DNA of 64,000 nucleotides, taken from positions 4,976,707 to 5,040,706 of the forward strand of contig OZ037767.1 of NCBI GenBank assembly GCA_964035545.1, given 5' to 3'. A program made the translations under genes and the position numbers. How positions within the stretch are numbered: position 1 is the stretch's first letter; each line of letters starts with the position of its first letter. This document shows positions 51,058 to 64,000 of this stretch, in pieces. A model generated the notes under the pieces. That model had not been told where the DNA came from and searched no databases. It was given only the letters and a program-made list of their open reading frames with translations. The DNA comes from Bugula neritina. Lineage: Eukaryota; Animalia; Bryozoa.

Positions 51058-54000
51058 ATGATTCGAACTGCATTTTCAAAAGTACACATAAATCCAAACA
51101 ATCTTCTCAAGTCAAGAAGCATCACTATTTCTCAACACAAAAAGCCAGATGCTGCTTTTTTATCCAGAAAAAATGTTGACACGGTTTTTCAAAGGACAGT
51201 TGCAACTGTTCAATTCGATTGGACAGATGCCCTCAACTTGGAAAGCCTTCTAACAGACGAAGAAATACTTATGAGAGATCAGGTTAGGTCTTACTGCCAG
51301 CAGAAACTCATGCCTCGTATAGTTGAAGCCAACAGACATGAAAAACCTGATCATGGTGTTCTTCAAGAGATGGGAGAACTGGGCATTCTGGGACCAACTA
51401 TTAAAGGTTATTGAAACAATACACCGCATATTATTCTTTTGCTGTTAGTATTTATAGACCAGTTGAAAATTTTATTTGCATTTTATCTGGGTTATGCCAG
51501 TTTAAGATTTAGTAGTGTGAAATTTTCTATTGCTATATAATGTCTTCATTTACATATTTGGATTGTGTTGAGTGAACTTTGCTTTTGAGGCCAATCTGGC
51601 TAACTAACGCATTGAGGTTACTCTGACTTTTCTTTCTTATATGGCAATATTGATTTTAACCTAAACCACTGAGAAACATAATAATGGTCACGTGACTATG
51701 TTTCAGTCTTGCACTTACTATAACAGAGTTGTCTACACAATGTATTAATACTCTATTAAAGGATGAGAGTGCAAGGTGTCTAATTTTCCTATTTCAGATT
51801 ATGGTTGTGCAGGTGTAACGTCTGTGGCATATGGCCTAATTGCACGGGAGATAGAAAGAGTGGATAGCAGCTACAGGTCTCTGTTCTTGTTGAAAACTAG
51901 CTGCCCTGTCTCTGAATATACCTATTTTTTAGGATATGTTCTCTAAAACATATTTATCTGGCCGTTTTATCTTCCTCAACTTAAATTGATAATCTGAAAT
52001 TCTATGTCTGTTATTTATAAAGTTCATATTTAGCATGAGGGAAATTTTTGCATAAGATTTTTTTTCAACGCGCTTTTAGTAAACTTCGTTTTTCTAGATC
52101 TGCAATGAGCGTGCAGTCTTCTTTAGTCATGCATCCAATTCACACTTTTGGAAGCAAGGCTCAAAAAGACAAATATCTTCCCGATTTAGCTAGTGGTCGT
52201 AAGATAGGATGTTTCGGTTTAACAGAACCTAACCATGGATCAGACCCTGGTGAGTCTCATTATAACTTTGTATGTTTGAAATGTTTAATAATTTAAATGC
52301 TGAACATGTTTCCTACTAAATATTTTCATTTTATGCAACATAAACAAGTATTAAGTTGATTTAAAATGGTAGCATTACTCCTTAAAACTTTGTATAGTCA
52401 CATAGTGATTGTCTTACTCTCGTGAATTAGCAATCAATTTGCTGATACACAAAGGTATTAACTCGTTGAAAAAACACAAGCCAGTTGAAAGTTGTTGATT
52501 CCTTTTCAATTTACTATATTGATGACTAAAGTTGTCAAGCGAATGACACCAAGTTATTTACCTGTGTTTCAGGTGGTATGGAGACGAGAGCTGTGTGGGA
52601 TGAGCAGAAGAAGTGCTACTATCTCACAGGAAGTAAGACTTGGATTACAAACTCTCCTGTAGCTGATGTCATCGTTGTCTGGGCCAAGTGCGATAGGGAT
52701 GAGGGTAAAATCCGAGGCTTCATTTTAGAAAAAGGAATGCCTGGTGAGTAACATAGGTTTTATTTAATAATAATCTTGTTCAAGGTTCTTTTGTTATTTA
52801 GGTGAAGATTTGAACCATTCACTATCAATTTAAGACTGTTTAATAGATAATATTAAATCTAATAAGATCAGAGTAGTTAATGTCGCTTTTTTGAAGATTT
52901 GTTTTTACATAGTTTATTGTGTTTTCATCAACATCTTGATTGCCTTGTTTCACTCATTAATTGATAATATTGTATATTTCTGACTGCCCGGGTTTTCTTT
53001 CCAGGTTTAGAGTGTCCCAAGATAGAGGGAAAGATGTCACTAAGAGCAAGTACAACTGGCATGATAATGATGGATAATGTTGAGGTACCTGAGGACAACA
53101 TGCTGCCTAATGTCAAAGGGCTGACAGGTGCTTGCCCTATTTACTTATTCTTGTCCGAGTTTATCTGACATCTACATGTGCGAATGTTAATATTTCATCA
53201 CTGCATTTGTGAGAGGATGAGTAAATCCAAGCTTTAAACAATTAATGAATGAGTAATTAAAGTTATACTCTATTTGCAGGTAAAGTCAGTAACATTGTAG
53301 TTATTTCATGAAGAAAAACTGCTCTAGTTTGCAATATTATACGATTCATTCTATTCTCTTTGTACTACTTTCACGTGGCAGAGCAAAGTTCACTATATGA
53401 ACAGTGGTACAGAATATTTTGTGATGACATATTTACTCTATTTGACAATGTGATTTTAAAATCCATGTTTGTTTTAGGACCTTTCAGTTGTCTGAACAAT
53501 GCTCGCTACGGGATATCCTGGGGGGTCATGGGTGCTGCCGAGTTCTGTCTAGCTGCTGCCAGACAATATACTCTTGATAGAAAGCAATTCCACCGACCTC
53601 TTGCTCAGAATCAGCTGATACAGAAGAAAATGGCTGACATGCTGACAGAGATTTCACTTGGACTACTAGGTGCTTCCTTTTGAACTTTGCTGTTAGCTGA
53701 TGGTGTATTCTAATTGGCCAATTCTCTGACCTTTGGCGATAATTAAACTAATACTGTATTTAATTTCATCCTCAATGGGCAGTTATATTTTGGTTAACCA
53801 GGGTTCTTCTATAACGGCAAAATATATGGGTGTGTCGACTTTTGCTTTTTCTAAAAATATTTAATTTTTGTTCTAATGAAACTTTATTGATAATTTGCAG
53901 CTTCCCTTCAAGTTGGTCGTCTTAAAGATCAAGATTTAGTAGCACCAGAGATGATTTCTCTTGTTAAAAGAAATAACTGTGGGAAGGTAAAAACCTAATC

Positions 54001-54487
54001 TTGTGCTTCACTTAGCTGTTGTTTGATTATGATATTACATGTATTCAGTTAAAAACTTATCAAAAGCAAAAAAGATCTGATAGGCAAATTACATGAAATT
54101 CCCGTCTGTATGAGCCGTTATGTATTCGCAGTAAGTTCATATTCACAAACCAGTCGGTAGTTGCAACACTGGATCTTGAAAATGGTTAATATTTATTGTG
54201 CATTTTATATTTTATGGCAGTCATTTGGTTAAAGTAATGTGCGATGTATTGTAGTAGAAAGTTGAATGTGTCAAAAATTTTGTCAAATATGAAAGTTGAT
54301 GTTTTTACAGGCTTTAGACGCAGCCAGACTAGCTCGAGATATGCACGGCGGTAACGGGATTGTGGATGAGTACCATGTGATCAGACACATGGTGAACTTA
54401 GAGACTGTAAACACATACGAAGGGACGCACGATGTACATGCCCTAATTCTTGGCAGAGCCATCACAGGACTTCACGCCTTCTTTTGA
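51058..54487 (+). CDS. GCDH: Glutaryl-CoA dehydrogenase, mitochondrial
   Basis: 8 coding exons (51058-51406 through 54311-54487): [106 protein letters not shown]. Confidence 0.98.
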
Positions 54488-54641
54488 AAGCTGACTGATT
54501 ACCATATAGATAGTTTTGTTGATGGTGCCGCTCATTGCAGCTAAGGCTACCTCACCAAAGTCCCTATATTAACCGGTTTATTAACGTTTTTGTTCAGGGG
54601 GTAAAATAGATGTGAATCTCTACTATCATGTTATGCGTACT

Positions 54642-54778
54642 TGTCATACTTAATGTAATACCCATCATACCAAGTGTGATACCTGTCATATTAAGTGTGA
54701 TACCTGTCATACTTAGTGTGATACCCATCATACTAAGTGTGATACCTGTCATACTAAGTGTGATACCTGTCACACTTA
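54642..54778. repeat. 21-bp minisatellite (gtcatactaagtgtgatacct) between the GCDH and ACBD6 3' ends
   Basis: About 6 tandem units. Confidence 0.9.
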
Positions 54779-55065
54779 TTGCGAAATCCCAATATTATTT
54801 TTAAATATTGTTTTGGAACTTGATTTACCAGCTTTTATAAAAGTCATAATATTATTTATTATGAATTTCATTGCATAAAATAACATAACCAGAGAATATT
54901 TTGTACACACATGCCATTACATTACTTAAAGTACTATAGATTATGAATGATGTGATTGCAATAAACTTGATATAGCTACTTACAAAAACTAGTTATAGAA
55001 TCCATGAAAAATATTAAGCAAAGTAATTTTTACAAGCGATACAATGTTACTGATTGACGCAACTG

Positions 55066-56080
55066 CTATGAACAGGAAGATAAAAACCTTCTAATATCAT
55101 CACTGTCTGCACACTGAAGAGGTGTGTAACCTTCGACGTCCTTCAAACTCACATCAGCTGAATGTTGAACCAGTAATTTCACTATATCCATATGACCACA
55201 CGAGGATGCATAGTGCAATGGTGTCTGGCCTTCATTATCTGTAGCATTAACTTGTGCTTTCAACTCCAGTAAATATTCTACGATACTAATGTGGCCTCGA
55301 TCACACGCCCAATGTAGAATAGACAGCCCTACAAAGACACAAAATGTAGTCCATGTCGAAAAACGACAATTCTTTGCAGCAGTTCAAATTTTTTATCAAA
55401 TGTTGAGGAAACACCAGGTTGGTTAACAGCAGTGAGATTCTATGACATAAAATAGTGCTGGGGGACACAACTTACCATTTCCATCTTGGCTATCAATGCT
55501 AGAATGTACTAAATTTTCTTTCAGTCTCTTTAAGTCACCTTCTTTGCACCAATCGAAGACATCTTTGTCTTGGTCTGGCACCTGGTCACCCGTCTCTGCC
55601 ATCACACTGACACTAACCCAACCAGTAGCTGTAGCAAAATGGTGAATTATAATACGTACAGTTCGGTTTTAATTTTTCAAAATAATTTTCAAGTTAATAA
55701 GTTGATAAATTCAGGAAAAAATAACCTGGCTTGGAGCCTGAATCATCTGCCTGTGGTGTCCAATGAATATCTAGTTCTTGAATCTTAGCTACATATTCAG
55801 ACTGCGCCTCTTGTTTAGTCATTGCTCCAAGAGATTTCCAGGCATCCCATTTCTTTTTTCCTTCAAACTGAAGAATCCCAGGGCGGGGTGTGCAACAGGG
55901 TCCTTGTGTGGCTTGCTTATATCTTGAATACAGGTATAGCAATTCATTCTGTGGGATAGAAATTTTTGTCATAAGTGAAGGAAGATGATTTACGGCCATG
56001 TTAAAATGTTTATCTTCTCTTGAAATTTGTTCATTGTCGCCGAGTTCATCACTATCCAGTATGTCTTCGGACACTTCCAT
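55066..56080 (-). CDS. ACBD6: Acyl-CoA-binding domain plus ankyrin repeat protein
   Basis: Exons 56080-55726 (LLYLYSRYKQATQGPC..KKKWDAWKSLG), ~55628-55476 (VFDWCKEG), ~55328-55066 (LHWACDRGH, GQTPLHYASSCGH). Confidence 0.95.
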
Positions 56081-56279
56081 ATTCCTCTGCACTAAAATTT
56101 ATAACAGTGACATCTACCGAGAACATTTTGTCATAGAATTGCATATAGTATATCATAGGTCTAGACTCTAGACACTCTAGAGCTACAATCACCACAGCTG
56201 ACATCTTAAAATATTAGTGTCCTAATATTTTATAAGCCATAAACATAAAACTTGACATAATAAGATAAATTAGATTGCA

Positions 56280-57350
56280 CATCAATATAATTTAATTGTT
56301 TTAAGTTATACCTTTTAGTATAAAATAACATCAACTATTAAGTTTAAGTAATATTATTAAACTATAGTTTTTAGATAACTATTAATATTAATTAACTATA
56401 ACTATTAGTTTACATCAAATTTATTATTAGTATAATATTATAAACTATTTAATGTTTTATTTCAAGCTTATAGTTATGGTAATACCTTATAACATAACTA
56501 ATCATAACGATAATCATAATGACTACGAGTACAGACACACTCACAGCAATCTGAGTGATGATATTGTATCCCTATTATTAAGTTTAACCTTAGGGCTAGG
56601 CTTAGCATTAGCAATAGCATGAATGATGAATAACAACGACAACTGAAAATGCACTTGAGACTGAGTTGTCAGTTGAACTTGATAATCATCATATTCAATC
56701 TTATACTGATATACTCATATTCATTATGATTATAATTATTACTATCATTGTAATTGTTATTAAATCTAAAATTAATCACTTTCAATTAAATTTAATGACT
56801 TAAAGTTAAAGTTAACCCAAGTCTTGGTCTAATAGTAATTAAAAGTAATTATTCATTAAGAATAACTATAAGTTTATACTTCAACTTATACTTATAGTTA
56901 TAGTCTTATACCCTAGGCCTAGGCCTATGCCCTATGGGCATGGCTATAGGCCTATACTTATTCTTACTTATAGTTATAACTATAAGTCTAAGACTAAGAG
57001 TTATAATTCATAAGCAATACATTAGTACAAATCTCAGTATTATTATTAAAGTATTACAATTATTCATGCTCATTTGATAGAGTTAGACGATACTCATAGT
57101 CAGACTCGTACTCATAGTCATACTCATACTGATCACATTCACTGAACTAAAAACAACTTTTCTAGTTCAATGATACTGATACTCCATAGGCATAGTGATA
57201 GTCATACTCATAGTGAAGTCTAAGAGTAAGACTAAGTCTAATGAGCCCATAGGGCTAGCTTAGTACTTGTAGTACAACTTGAACTACAAGTTGGTAGAAC
57301 TTACTAATTCATTTTATTTTATATTAAAGCTAAGCTGGCTAGCATAATTA
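56280..57350. repeat. Degenerate 6-nt periodic tract in the inferred first intron of ACBD6
   Basis: cttatacttatagttatag; cctaggcctaggcctatg; taagtctaagactaagag; gatactcatagtcagactcgtactcatagtcatactcatactgat. Confidence 0.8.
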
Positions 57351-58600
57351 TAACTCTAGTTGTATACTAAAAGATCAAAAAATGTCCAGTTTATAAACAT
57401 GGAGTTGTCCTCTCCTCAAAGATAGCATAAGTCCTTTTATGACCTATGACCCGAACATTTTTTTATAAACGCAACCCATATAATTATACCCATAATATTC
57501 TAGCAATCACAAACAACGCTGTCGCGGCACATGTAAAGGACTTTCTGCTGCAAAAAGCTTTCAACATTTATAAACTTAAAATTTTCATGGGCTTTTCTTC
57601 TATTGGTAATTTATGTACCTAAAGTGCCTTTTACCTAAATGGTATTGATTGCTCATTTCAGTTCAGTGTCCAAAACATGATGAAATCCACAACGAGAGCA
57701 TTAAGGCTTGTGCACATAATATTGGCAGCAAATTTGTAGCACTTTAAACATGATCTCTCTAATATAAAATAGCTTGTTAGGGAATGATCTTGAGGAGCAA
57801 GTCAAGTAACTGGGGCACTAATTTTGGATCTGAGCCTATAGGTTAGGAACGTCGCTAATCCTAGGCAGAGCCCACATGAGCTGTTTGTATTCATTATATG
57901 CAATGTTAATGGGTTGCAATATCTAGCTTTGGCTCCAATATACCAATACCAAAACTATGTCGACTTACCCGATTCATTCAATATCTGGTAATCAAAATAT
58001 TAATTCTATGCGTAATCCAATAGTACTGACGACTCGGTGTTCAATTAACAATCCTTCATTTTTTACAGCAAAAAAATCTTCTGGTTGATACAAGATTTCA
58101 GGTCAGGAACGAAATTTAAAACAACTTTTCTGTATTAGAAGTTCAATAAAATATTTCAACTGTACACTTCTTGTTGGATACATGTATATAATTGCAGCAA
58201 AATGGAGTTAAATTAAAATTCCTTCAACTGATAGGATAACAACATAGATATACAAACTACAATGATGTAGGTGCCGAGAGTGAGTGGCAATACTACAGCC
58301 ATATAGTTTACGGTAACATTATATGGGCAAACGAACTGGTTGAAATTTCTTAACATTTAGCATATTGATGCATACCACTTCATATAAGTGAAATATTTTT
58401 TTAAAACGAATTGCACAGAATTTGTGAAAAATATTGAAAGAGAATAAAACTTTTTATAGAACAACAAAAAACAAGACAAACGGTGTGCATAATTTAAATG
58501 ATCATATAAAGATTAGACATTAGACTAATATTTGGTTTTCAAATGAAAACAGTGTTTAAAAACTATTCTGCACATGCTTGGAGTAACCCCCAGTTAATAT

Positions 58601-63950
<5,350 letters not shown>

Positions 63951-64000
63951 TTAAACAGCATAATACCAATGACCTCTACATGCATACTAGTGTTGACAAA

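Overview
AT-rich, intron-rich animal genomic DNA (probably a marine lophotrochozoan; the taxon is inference only). Manual splicing with phase-consistent GT-AG introns supports 11 genes: DCST1-like (+, 5' truncated), eEF1G (-, hosting a U36C/snR47-type C/D snoRNA), calcineurin B (+), a divergent profilin-like gene (+), COA4 (+), an opsin (+), an orphan 187-aa tail-anchored protein (+), ABCC/MRP1-like (-), GCDH (+), ACBD6 (-) and an MLK-type MAP3K (-, 5' truncated). There is also a duplicated MRP fragment, a TTAA-flanked MITE and many minisatellites. Two observations stand out. (1) The profilin-like stop codon lies 9 nt before the COA4 ATG in the same exon, suggesting a dicistronic or operon-like unit. 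(2) Tracts of 0.4-1.2 kb with degenerate, strand-symmetric 6-nt periodicity (roughly TNA-NWN) sit beside the inferred promoters or in the first introns of five housekeeping units, but not at the TATA-type opsin promoter.
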